Source: an uncultured bacterium (lineage in GTDB: Bacteria; Omnitrophota; Omnitrophia; Omnitrophales; Aquincolibacteriaceae). Taken from it: 34,079 nucleotides of DNA. The number at the start of each line of letters is the position of its first letter. The stretch's first letter is position 1. Below the pieces are notes generated by a model. It was given only the letters and a program-made list of their open reading frames with translations. It ran no database searches and had not been told where the DNA came from. The stretch spans positions 1-34,079 of the forward strand of contig CAZPCF010000002.1 of NCBI GenBank assembly GCA_964585045.1. The letters run 5' to 3'. The translations under genes and the position numbers were made by a program. Of this stretch, positions 8,543-16,344 are shown piece by piece.

Positions 8543-8611
8543 GCTCAACGCGCAAAGCGCAACGCACAACGAAAAGATTTTACATCGCGCATTGAGCGTT
8601 GACCGTTGCGC
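8543..8611. repeat. GC-rich palindromic repeat built from GCGCAACG/CGTTGCGC units (copy B); it fills the hydG-hydE spacer
   Basis: GCTCAACGCGC pairs with GCGCATTGAGC, and GCGCAACGCACAACG pairs with CGTTGACCGTTGCGC. The two pairings are interleaved (X-Y-X'-Y'). The element shares blocks with 6626-6678. Confidence 0.6.
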
Positions 8612-10096
8612 TTAAAGAAAAAGATCCCTCTCTCCCTTGCGGACACGTTCAAGGAATTGATAAAAGACGGGGAAACCCTGGGGATTTCTCGTCTTGATCT
8701 CTTCGAGCTCTTTTTCGAGCACCCGGAGCCCCGCTTCGCGCGTCGTGGGAGTCGCAAAATCATCCATCCATTCTTGAAACGTCAGCACGGCGTTCAGTTT
8801 GCAGAACTTCCCTTCCTGGCCGCTACGCAAAAGGTCCATGATGCATTTCCCCGTCCGGCCGCATCGATACCCGGCCGTGCAAAACGAAGTAATGTGCCCC
8901 ATTTCCGCAAAATCCCGAACCAACTCATCCAGGCTTCGCGTGTCGCCGAGCATGAACTGTTGGCGCTCGGATTCCTGCCCCTTCCCCTCTTCGCTGTAAC
9001 TTCCGATCCCGATCTTGGTGGAGGCATCGGTCTGTGTGATCCCGAGCCCGATCGCATCACGCCGCATTTGGGCAGTCTCACGTGCCGTAATGATCATGCC
9101 CGTGTAAGGGATGGCAAGACGGATGAGCAGAATGATCTTTTTGAAATCCTCGTCGGATACCTTATAGGGAGAATGTTCGGCATATTCGGAGTTAAGGGCC
9201 GGCTCCATGCGCGGGAATGACACGGTATGCGGCCCAATCCCCATTTTCGCTTCAAGGTGGATCGCGTGATAAAGGAGTGCCATCACCTCAAAGCGCCAGT
9301 CATAAAGCCCGAACAGGACCCCGATCCCCACATCATCGATCCCCGCTTCCATTGCGCGGTGCATGGCATAAAGCCGCCAGCGATAATCGGATTTGAGCGT
9401 CCCCTTCGGATGGAGCTTCGCGTAGGTCTCATGATGATAGGTTTCCTGAAATACCTGATAGGTCCCGAGCCCGCCGTCACGGAGGCGTGTGAGCTCTTCG
9501 ATTGACATCGGCGCAGCGTTCACATTGATGCGACGAATATTGCCATAACCATGCTTGGTCGGCGTCTTCACGTCATAGATCGTTTTCATGCTCTCAAGGA
9601 TATAATCGATCCCGGTCAGCGGATGCTCCCCGTAGACAGCAATGATGCGCTTGTGACCGATCTTTCCGGTCAGGCTCTCGGTCTCTTTACGGATCTCATC
9701 CATGGAAAGAACGCGGCGCTTTGCTTTAAGATTCTCATGTTTGAACCCGCAATAAGCGCAGTTATTAACGCAATAATTTCCCATATAAAGGGGTGCGAAA
9801 GTCACGATGCGGTTGTCGTAGACCTTTTTCTTGATCTGAAAAGCCGCAACCTCCATCTCCCGGAGCATACCGGGATCCTTCACTCGGATCAGTATCGCGA
9901 GCTCTTCCGGCGTAAGCGTTTGGATGGCAAGTGAGCGCGCGAGAACAGCACGCACGACGGATGCTCCGGGCTCCCGGGCCATTTCGATCTTTTTCCAGAT
10001 CGCGGCATCATCAATAAAATCGCGGCCCTGCTCGAGATAGCGGTTGATCTGATCCTGCTTGATACGCCCGGCGATCCAAGCAGTTTCGGCGGTCAT
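8612..10096 (-). CDS. hydG: [FeFe]-hydrogenase H-cluster radical-SAM maturase HydG (tyrosine lyase)
   Basis: YCVNNCAYCGF is the CX3CX2C motif in a ThiH-like core, with a C-terminal Fe-S domain (..SFCTAGYRCGRTGKC..KFC..). Length is 494 aa. The start overlaps the hydF stop as ATGA. Confidence 0.9.
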   Translation of the reverse strand: MTAETAWIAGRIKQDQINRYLEQGRDFIDDAAIWKKIEMAREPGASVVRAVLARSLAIQTLTPEELAILIRVKDPGMLREMEVAAFQIKKKVYDNRIVTFAPLYMGNYCVNNCAYCGFKHENLKAKRRVLSMDEIRKETESLTGKIGHKRIIAVYGEHPLTGIDYILESMKTIYDVKTPTKHGYGNIRRINVNAAPMSIEELTRLRDGGLGTYQVFQETYHHETYAKLHPKGTLKSDYRWRLYAMHRAMEAGIDDVGIGVLFGLYDWRFEVMALLYHAIHLEAKMGIGPHTVSFPRMEPALNSEYAEHSPYKVSDEDFKKIILLIRLAIPYTGMIITARETAQMRRDAIGLGITQTDASTKIGIGSYSEEGKGQESERQQFMLGDTRSLDELVRDFAEMGHITSFCTAGYRCGRTGKCIMDLLRSGQEGKFCKLNAVLTFQEWMDDFATPTTREAGLRVLEKELEEIKTRNPQGFPVFYQFLERVRKGERDLFL

Positions 10097-11355
10097 GACA
10101 GAACTTCCCTTGTTTTCATTTGACTGTCACGATAGGCTGCTATCGCCTCCGGGAATGGTTCAATAACACGTTCCAGCACGCCTTGAAGGTAGGAAATACA
10201 AAGCCCGTAATTCGTGATGGGAACGCCCTTCCGTTTCGCATGCTGGATCCTCGCGAGGGTTTCCCTCCGGGTTAACATACACGACCCGCATTGAATGATC
10301 AGTTTATAATTTTTGAGATCGTCCGGAAAATCGCGCCCCGCGCAGACATCGACCACGACCTCAAACCCAAGATACTTCTGGATCCACTTCGGGATCTTGA
10401 TGCGACCGATATCCCCCTCAATGGCATGATGACTGCAGGATTCGGCGATCAGGATCTTGTCGCTCGCTTTGAGCCTGTCGATCGCAAGCGCCCCTTTTGT
10501 CATTTCCGCAATATCTCCTTTGAGCCGCGACAAAAGGATCGAAAAGGTCGTGCATTTCACACCTGCAGGTGTCTCCGCCACCATCCGGTCCACGACCTGG
10601 GAATCGCAGACCACAAGGTCCGGAGACGTCTTTAATTTCAACAAGGCAGCCTTATATTCACTTTCCTTTACGACGAGCGTCATCGAATCATGGTCCAAGG
10701 CGTCACGGATCGCCTGGACTTGCGGCAGAATGATCCTTCCTTTCGGGGCTTCAAAATCGATCGGGATGATCAGCACCGCCAGCCCTCCTTTCGGCATGAT
10801 GTCTCCCAGCATCGCCGGGGCAGCCAAAAAATCCTCGGGGCACACCTCGAGCAAAAATTGTTTCAGGAGATTCACGGTGCCGTCACGTTTTGAACGATCC
10901 GTACTCGAGCAGATCAGAACTCTGGGGGTCTTTTGTTTCAAGTCCTGCAGAAAATGATCAGAAGGAGTTTTAAGGTCGCTCTTATTCACCACAAGAATAA
11001 GCGGACTTTTCCGGATCCCCGCTTCGCGGACCACTTCCTCTTCAAATTCCGTCCATTGATCCGCCTCGAGGATCAGCAGAGAAACATTCGACCGGTCAAA
11101 GATCTTCCGGGTCCGTTCGAGCCGTTTAGCGCCCAACACAGACACGTCATCCATACCCCCCGTATCAAGAAAAACCACCGGACCCACCGGCAAAAGTTCC
11201 ATGACCTTTTCGACAACATCGGTGGTCGTACCGGGTACAGGCGAGGTGATCGCCACATCCTGACCGGCCACCACATTGAGAAAACTCGACTTCCCGACGT
11301 TGGTGCGGCCAAAGATCCCGATCTGCAACCTTAAACTCTTAGGTGTGTTTTGCAT
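10093..11355 (-). CDS. hydF: [FeFe]-hydrogenase maturation GTPase/scaffold HydF
   Basis: G1 is GRTNVGKSS, G3 is DTGG and G4 is NKSD. The C-terminal cluster motifs are CSHH...QCGSC. Confidence 0.9.
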   Translation of the reverse strand: MQNTPKSLRLQIGIFGRTNVGKSSFLNVVAGQDVAITSPVPGTTTDVVEKVMELLPVGPVVFLDTGGMDDVSVLGAKRLERTRKIFDRSNVSLLILEADQWTEFEEEVVREAGIRKSPLILVVNKSDLKTPSDHFLQDLKQKTPRVLICSSTDRSKRDGTVNLLKQFLLEVCPEDFLAAPAMLGDIMPKGGLAVLIIPIDFEAPKGRIILPQVQAIRDALDHDSMTLVVKESEYKAALLKLKTSPDLVVCDSQVVDRMVAETPAGVKCTTFSILLSRLKGDIAEMTKGALAIDRLKASDKILIAESCSHHAIEGDIGRIKIPKWIQKYLGFEVVVDVCAGRDFPDDLKNYKLIIQCGSCMLTRRETLARIQHAKRKGVPITNYGLCISYLQGVLERVIEPFPEAIAAYRDSQMKTREVLS

Positions 11356-11390
11356 GGCTCCTTTTGCGGAGTCTGGCTCCTTTTTTGTAG

Positions 11391-11429
11391 AGGGACAGGC
11401 ACCGTTCTAAAAGAACGGAGCCTGTCCCT
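11391..11429. repeat. Copy 2 (variant) of the GGGACAG...CTGTCCC hairpin element, a long and nearly perfect stem
   Basis: AGGGACAGGCACCGTTCT-AAA-AGAACGGAGCCTGTCCCT forms a 9 bp plus 7 bp stem with a small internal loop. It lies between the stop of the TM1266-like gene and hydF. It is flanked by a duplicated TGGCTCCTTTT (SD-like AAAAGGAGCCA on the coding strand) at 11355-11365 and 11374-11384. Confidence 0.65.
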
Positions 11430-11453
11430 GAAAAGGTGCCTGACCCCTCTATT

Positions 11454-11702
11454 CTAGTTTTTCGTCAGCGCCGACTTTACGGAAACACCCTCCAGCGCGC
11501 CGAGCTTACCGGTCAAGCCTCCGAGTTGATCGGTCGTCATATCCACTACAAGGGTGATGATCGAAACGTTCTTTTCGTGGTACGGGATCCCCACCCGCGC
11601 CACAATATGATCCCCATAATCCGCGAGCACATGATTGACCTTGTCCGCGGCCTTCTTCCGATCTTCCACTACGATCCCGACGAATCCAACGCGTTTATCC
11701 AT
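11454..11702 (-). CDS. TM1266-family putative iron-only hydrogenase system regulator (small ACT/NikR-C-like protein)
   Basis: 82 aa, with VGIVVEDR...NHVLADYGDHIVARVGIPY...VSIITLVVD.T.D....LTGKLG. This matches my recollection of the TM1266 family. It sits directly upstream of hydF-hydG-hydE. SD is GGGAGGTGAT. Confidence 0.7.
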   Translation of the reverse strand: MDKRVGFVGIVVEDRKKAADKVNHVLADYGDHIVARVGIPYHEKNVSIITLVVDMTTDQLGGLTGKLGALEGVSVKSALTKN

Positions 11703-11730
11703 ATCACCTCCCTAAGGACGTTATAAAAAC

Positions 11731-11762
11731 GAAAATCCCAGCTTCTTCGGAAAGAAGCTGGG
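11731..11762 (-). terminator. Rho-independent terminator/attenuator after the third receiver gene
   Basis: On the minus strand, CCCAGCTTCTT-TCCG-AAGAAGCTGGG forms an 11-bp perfect stem and is followed by ATTTTCGTTTTTAT. Confidence 0.6.
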
Positions 11763-11861
11763 ACCGGAAATTTTTCGATTTTTCCTTCCCTTGGCTTCAG
11801 GAACCTTGCGGCCCCTCTTCCTCAGAAAATTTGATCTGAAACAACCCGTTCAGATATTTTT

Positions 11862-12248
11862 TTATTTCTTGATGTGTGTTTCTACTGCCTTTAACAAAAC
11901 ATCCGGCTTGACCGGTTTTTCCAAAACCGCTTTGACCGGCAGCCAAGTTTCGTCCGGTTCATACTTGAAACCAATATTGGTGGCCTTACTGATCCCGGTC
12001 ACCGTAATGACGGGGACATCTTTGGTCTCCGCATCGTCATGCAGTTGACGCGCGATATCAAATCCCTCGGTATTATGAGCCATCATCACATCGAGCATGA
12101 TCAGATCTGGTCTTTCCATTTTCGCCTTTTCAAAGCCCTCTTCACCACTCTCAGCCATTACAACATCATATCCCCGGGCTTTTAACAAAGTCGACACGGA
12201 GTCCCTGAATTCATCGTCATCATCCACCACAAGAACTTTCTTTTTCAC
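11862..12248 (-). CDS. Stand-alone response-regulator receiver (REC-only, CheY-like) protein 1
   Basis: VVDDDD is the acidic pocket, LIMLDVMM carries the phospho-acceptor Asp, VITVTG carries the Thr, and LEKPVKP carries the Lys. There is no output domain. GTG 12248 is preceded by GGGGAGGGGG. Confidence 0.85.
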   Translation of the reverse strand: MKKKVLVVDDDDEFRDSVSTLLKARGYDVVMAESGEEGFEKAKMERPDLIMLDVMMAHNTEGFDIARQLHDDAETKDVPVITVTGISKATNIGFKYEPDETWLPVKAVLEKPVKPDVLLKAVETHIKK

Positions 12249-12348
12249 CTGCAACCCCCTCCCCGTTTATTACCTCTAGATCTTCACTCTTCTGACTGCA
12301 AGATTTTAACTCAACTTTTAAAAAAAATCTCGGATTTTCCTGAAACTC

Positions 12349-14100
12349 TCACTTGCGATACGCCAAACGGGCTTTATACCGTGTGTGAAGAAGATGTTCG
12401 GAATGTTCTCCCAAGGGTTTCCCGAGAAATTCCTTGTAAAGTTGTTGTACGTGCGGGTTCTCATGCGAACAACGCACCGTTTGGGCCTCATCATCCGAAT
12501 AAAGACCCCTGGCGCGCGCAATACGTAATTCATCGGTCACACCATAGGGCTGCCCGCCACCGCCCACGCAGCCGCCCGGGCAGGCCATAACTTCGATAAA
12601 ATGATACGGGAGCGGTTTGCCTTCCTTTTGCGCTTTCCGGACCTGATTAAGCACATGCTCCACGTTCGCCAAACCGTGCGCAACAGCGATCTTTACCTCC
12701 GCACCTTCGATGTTGATCGAAGTCTCCTTGATGCCTTTTAAGCCCCGGACATCCTCGAATTCAACTTTAGGAAGTTTTTTTCCCGTCATAAAAGCGTAAG
12801 CCGTTCGAAGCGCAGCTTCCATCACACCGCCCGTCGTCCCGAAGATCGTCCCGGCACCGCTGTAATCACCCAGAATGGGGTCACATTCTTCGTCCGGAAG
12901 ATTCGAGAAATCGATCCCCGCCTGTTTGATCATACGGGCGAGTTCCCGGGTCGTGAGTACCACGTCCACATCCTGGAATCCGGAGGCCGACATTTCGTGG
13001 CTGCGTGAGATCTCGAATTTCTTGGCCGTACACGGCATCACCGAGATCACCTTCATCTTTGCCGGATCGATCTTGTTCTTTTCCGCATAGTAGGTCTTGA
13101 CCAGCACTCCCATCATTTCATGCGGCGACTTCGTAGAAGAAAAATGCGGGATCATGTCATGATGGAATTTTTCCATAAAATCCACCCATGAAGGACAGCA
13201 GGTCGTGATCAGGGGCAGCACGCCTTTTCTATTTGTAAATCGTTCGATAAATTCACTCGCTTCTTCCATGATCGTGACATCCGCACTGAAATTCGTATCG
13301 AAGATCGCCTTGAAACCCATGCGCCGGAGCGCCGTATAGATCTTTTTCGTTACGTTAGCTCCGAGTGGAAATCCGAAGGCTTCTCCGAGCGCCACACGCA
13401 CCGCGGGAGCGATCTGGACCACGCAATATTGTTCCGGATCGCGAAGTGCTCTCCACGCGAGCACGGAATCGTCTTTTTCAAAGATCGCGCCGGTTGGGCA
13501 GTGGGCAGCACATTGGCCGCAGCGTACGCAAGGCGAGTCCGCGAGGCTGATATCTCCTGCAGGCGCCATCCGAGTATTGAACCCACGGTGAAGAAAGGTC
13601 AACGCCCAAACGTCCTGGACATTTTGGCAAACATCGACGCACCGGCCGCAATTAATGCATTTACGCGGCTCCAAAACAATATTGCCGGTTGAGTCATCCT
13701 TGGGGATGTCTTTGACTATTTTTTCGAAAAATTCTTCCCGGATCCCGAAATCCGCCACAAGAGACTGCAATTCGCAATTATTGTTCCGTCCACACGTCAG
13801 ACATTCGTTGGGATGGTTGGAAAGAAAGAGCTCCACCACGGTCCGGCGGATCGACACGATCTCGGGATCATGGGTAATGATATCCATACCTTCTACAAGA
13901 GGTGTGCAGCAGGCCCGGAGCATTTTTTTGGATCCTTTAACCCGCACAAGACAAATACCGCAAGCTCCCGAAGCGTGAAGGTATGAGTCCGGATGCTTGC
14001 AAAGCGTCGGGATCTTGATCTGCGCTTTCCGTGCCGCATCCAAGATCGTCGTATTCTCAGGGACTTCGACCTTGATTCCATTGATAAGGGCTTTAACCAT
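12349..14100 (-). CDS. hndD: [FeFe]-hydrogenase catalytic subunit, M3-type with C-terminal small-subunit-like domain (HndD/HydA of an NAD(P)-linked multimeric enzyme)
   Basis: The N-terminus has a 2Fe-2S domain, a His-ligated cluster region (HPNECLTCGRNNNC) and 2x[4Fe-4S] (CINCGRCVDVC, CVRCGQCAAHCP). H-cluster motifs are TTCCPSW, MPCTAKKFE and EVMACPGGCVGGGGQP. ATG 14100 has an AAGGA SD. Confidence 0.9.
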   Translation of the reverse strand: MVKALINGIKVEVPENTTILDAARKAQIKIPTLCKHPDSYLHASGACGICLVRVKGSKKMLRACCTPLVEGMDIITHDPEIVSIRRTVVELFLSNHPNECLTCGRNNNCELQSLVADFGIREEFFEKIVKDIPKDDSTGNIVLEPRKCINCGRCVDVCQNVQDVWALTFLHRGFNTRMAPAGDISLADSPCVRCGQCAAHCPTGAIFEKDDSVLAWRALRDPEQYCVVQIAPAVRVALGEAFGFPLGANVTKKIYTALRRMGFKAIFDTNFSADVTIMEEASEFIERFTNRKGVLPLITTCCPSWVDFMEKFHHDMIPHFSSTKSPHEMMGVLVKTYYAEKNKIDPAKMKVISVMPCTAKKFEISRSHEMSASGFQDVDVVLTTRELARMIKQAGIDFSNLPDEECDPILGDYSGAGTIFGTTGGVMEAALRTAYAFMTGKKLPKVEFEDVRGLKGIKETSINIEGAEVKIAVAHGLANVEHVLNQVRKAQKEGKPLPYHFIEVMACPGGCVGGGGQPYGVTDELRIARARGLYSDDEAQTVRCSHENPHVQQLYKEFLGKPLGEHSEHLLHTRYKARLAYRK

Positions 14101-14123
14101 AAAAGTTTCCTTAAGATGATGCC

Positions 14124-14188
14124 TGTCATTCCCGCGAAAGCGGGAATCCATTTTTTTGGATCCCCGATAAAAGCATTCGGGGATGACA
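14124..14188. repeat. Composite REP-like element with two adjacent hairpins (ATTCCCGC-GAAA-GCGGGAAT and ATCCCCGA-N9-TCGGGGAT), bracketed by GTCAT/ATGAC
   Basis: The element is inserted in the 120-nt hndC-hndD spacer. It creates the spurious peptides MDSRFRGNDR / IPAFAGMT / VIPAKAGIH / GSPIKAFGDD seen in the ORF track. Confidence 0.75.
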
Positions 14189-14220
14189 ATCTGTTAATTG
14201 GTATTTATTCCACTCTCGAA

Positions 14221-15960
14221 TTAGCTCCGGCTAATCGCACGCGGCTTGCAAACCTCAAAGCATTGACCGCAACGGGTGCATTTTGTCTGATCGATCAGAT
14301 AACCGCTTTCACGATTCCCGGAAATAGCGCCTACCGGGCAGGCCTTGAAACACATACCGCATTTCACGCATTTTTCGCTCATAATCCTGAACCGGATCAA
14401 TTTTTCACACTTGCAGGCCGGACACTTTTTCTTGTTCACATGAGCATCATATTCGGCGCGGTAATAGTGCAATGTCGAAAGCACCGGATTGGGAGCCGTT
14501 TGCCCCAGGCCGCAGAGCGACGCTTTTTGCATGGCGATCGAGATCTGTTCCAGCTGATCAAGATCTTTTTGAGTCCCTTCCCCGTCCGTGACTTTCCTGA
14601 GAAGTCTCAACATTTGCGTCCCGCCGATACGGCACGGAGCACACTTCCCGCAAGACTCATCCACGCAAAAGCCCAAATAGAATTTCGCGATATCCGCCAT
14701 GCAGTCATCCTCATCCATGACGATCATGCCGCCGGATCCCATGATGGAACCCATCTTTTGCAAACTTTCGTAATCCACCTTCGTTTGGAAAAATTCTTTT
14801 GGGATCACCCCGCCGGAAGGACCGCCGGTCTGGATCGCTTTGACGTTTTTCCCACTCATGGCGCCGCCGCAGATCCCATAAACGATATCTTCGATCGCGG
14901 TACCCATGGGGACCTCCACAAGACCTGAATTCTTCACTTTCCCGGTGACCGCGAACACTTTGGTCCCCTTGGAGCTTTCGGTCCCGATACCGGCGAACCA
15001 GGCCCCGCCTTTTATAAAAATGACCGGGATATTCGCCAGCGTCTCAACGTTATTGATACAGGTCGGTTTTCCCCAAAGCCCTTTAATGGATGGGAAAGGC
15101 GGACGGGGGCTCGGATAACCGCGCTTCCCTTCGATTGAGGCGATCAGCGCTGTTTCTTCACCGCACACGAAAGCCCCGGCGCCAAGCCGGATCTCCAGAT
15201 CTAAATTAAAAGACGAGCCCAGAATACCTTCACCCAGGATCCCGCGGTCGCGGCATTGCTGGATGGCCTTTTCGATCCTCTCGATCGCAAGCGGGTATTC
15301 CGCGCGAATATAGAAATACCCTTTGGAAGCACCGATCGCATAAGCTCCGATGATCATCCCCTCGATCACGGAATGCGGATCGCCCTCCAACACACTGCGA
15401 TCCATGTAGGCGCCCGGATCACCTTCGTCACCATTGCAAATGATATATTTCTGATCGCCCGGCGCCTTGCGCGTAATGTCCCATTTCAGCCCTGTTGGGA
15501 ACCCGGCGCCGCCGCGGCCACGAAGCCCGGAGGTTTTTATTTCCTGGGCAACCTTCTCCGGCGTATAACTGCTCAGAACCTTCGCAAGGGCCTGATATCC
15601 ATCCCGCGCGATATAATCCTCAATACTTTCCGGATCGATCACACCGCAATTGCGAAGCACGATACGAAGCTGTTTGGAAGGCTGCGTGATCGATTTACCT
15701 TCGACAGGCTTGCCGCCAATCACGCTTTCCAGAACGATCGCCGGGATATCATTTTCCTGGACGTTCGTATAGAGAAAGCTTTCCGGCAACACCCGGACAG
15801 TCATGCCTTGTCCGTAGATGCCAATATCCGCGACACGCACGAGCTGGACCTCATTCTCCAACCCTTTTTCCCTCAGGTTGTTGAGAAACACCCCGTAAAA
15901 GTCCCTCGTCTTATCCTTTCCGGTAATCGCCGTGTCTTTAATGAAAACTGTCTTCCCCAT
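14221..15960 (-). CDS. hndC: NuoF-like flavoprotein subunit (FMN/NAD(P)H-binding) of the multimeric [FeFe]-hydrogenase, HndC/HydB-type
   Basis: GLRGRGGAGFPTGLKW is the NADH/FMN site. ESCGKCAPCR...LCGLGQTAPNP is the N3 [4Fe-4S] site. The C-terminus has 2x[4Fe-4S] ferredoxin motifs (CVKCGMCFKACP, CTRCGQCFEVC). The N-terminal Trx-like domain has no Cys. Confidence 0.9.
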   Translation of the reverse strand: MGKTVFIKDTAITGKDKTRDFYGVFLNNLREKGLENEVQLVRVADIGIYGQGMTVRVLPESFLYTNVQENDIPAIVLESVIGGKPVEGKSITQPSKQLRIVLRNCGVIDPESIEDYIARDGYQALAKVLSSYTPEKVAQEIKTSGLRGRGGAGFPTGLKWDITRKAPGDQKYIICNGDEGDPGAYMDRSVLEGDPHSVIEGMIIGAYAIGASKGYFYIRAEYPLAIERIEKAIQQCRDRGILGEGILGSSFNLDLEIRLGAGAFVCGEETALIASIEGKRGYPSPRPPFPSIKGLWGKPTCINNVETLANIPVIFIKGGAWFAGIGTESSKGTKVFAVTGKVKNSGLVEVPMGTAIEDIVYGICGGAMSGKNVKAIQTGGPSGGVIPKEFFQTKVDYESLQKMGSIMGSGGMIVMDEDDCMADIAKFYLGFCVDESCGKCAPCRIGGTQMLRLLRKVTDGEGTQKDLDQLEQISIAMQKASLCGLGQTAPNPVLSTLHYYRAEYDAHVNKKKCPACKCEKLIRFRIMSEKCVKCGMCFKACPVGAISGNRESGYLIDQTKCTRCGQCFEVCKPRAISRS

Positions 15961-15975
15961 ATCGCGCCTAACTCC

Positions 15976-16326
15976 TCAATTAAGCTTCAGATCGTAGATC
16001 CGGTCGTTCACAAGCATCTTGCCGCCTACGTGTTTTTCCATGATCTTGATCGCAACTTCTTTATCCACTTTACCGTAAAACACCGTCGGCATATTCTTGA
16101 CATGGACTTCCATGAGCGGTTCCGCCGAACACATCCCTACGCATCCACACTTTTTGATCTCCACATCCGCGTTATGCTTACGGCTTTCCTCGACGAGCGT
16201 GTCGTAGACTTCCTTGGCCCCAGCCGCGATCCCACAGGTACTGTAACCTACCTTGATCCAGTTACGGTCGACCTCGCCGTGTTTCTGCTTGATGGATTCC
16301 AGGTCCTTTTTTGTCATTTTATTCAT
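15976..16326 (-). CDS. hndB: Thioredoxin-like [2Fe-2S] ferredoxin subunit, HndB-type
   Basis: 116 aa, with STCGIAAGA...KKCGCVGMCSAEP. SD is GGGAGGAAG. Confidence 0.8.
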   Translation of the reverse strand: MNKMTKKDLESIKQKHGEVDRNWIKVGYSTCGIAAGAKEVYDTLVEESRKHNADVEIKKCGCVGMCSAEPLMEVHVKNMPTVFYGKVDKEVAIKIMEKHVGGKMLVNDRIYDLKLN

Positions 16327-16344
16327 GCAGGCACTTCCTCCCTA

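Noticed and set aside
12316-12340. Possible terminator between hndD and the REC gene (AAAATC-cga-GATTTT followed by a T-run)
   Set aside because: The stem has only 6 mostly A-U base pairs, which is too weak to call. The downstream REC gene has a strong SD and is probably co-transcribed.
14101-14151. N-terminal extension of the hndD ORF (MDSRFRGNDRHHLKETF)
   Set aside because: The extension is a translation of the REP-like hairpin element. A good SD (AAGGA) precedes ATG 14100, and MVKALINGIKV is a normal HydA N-terminus.
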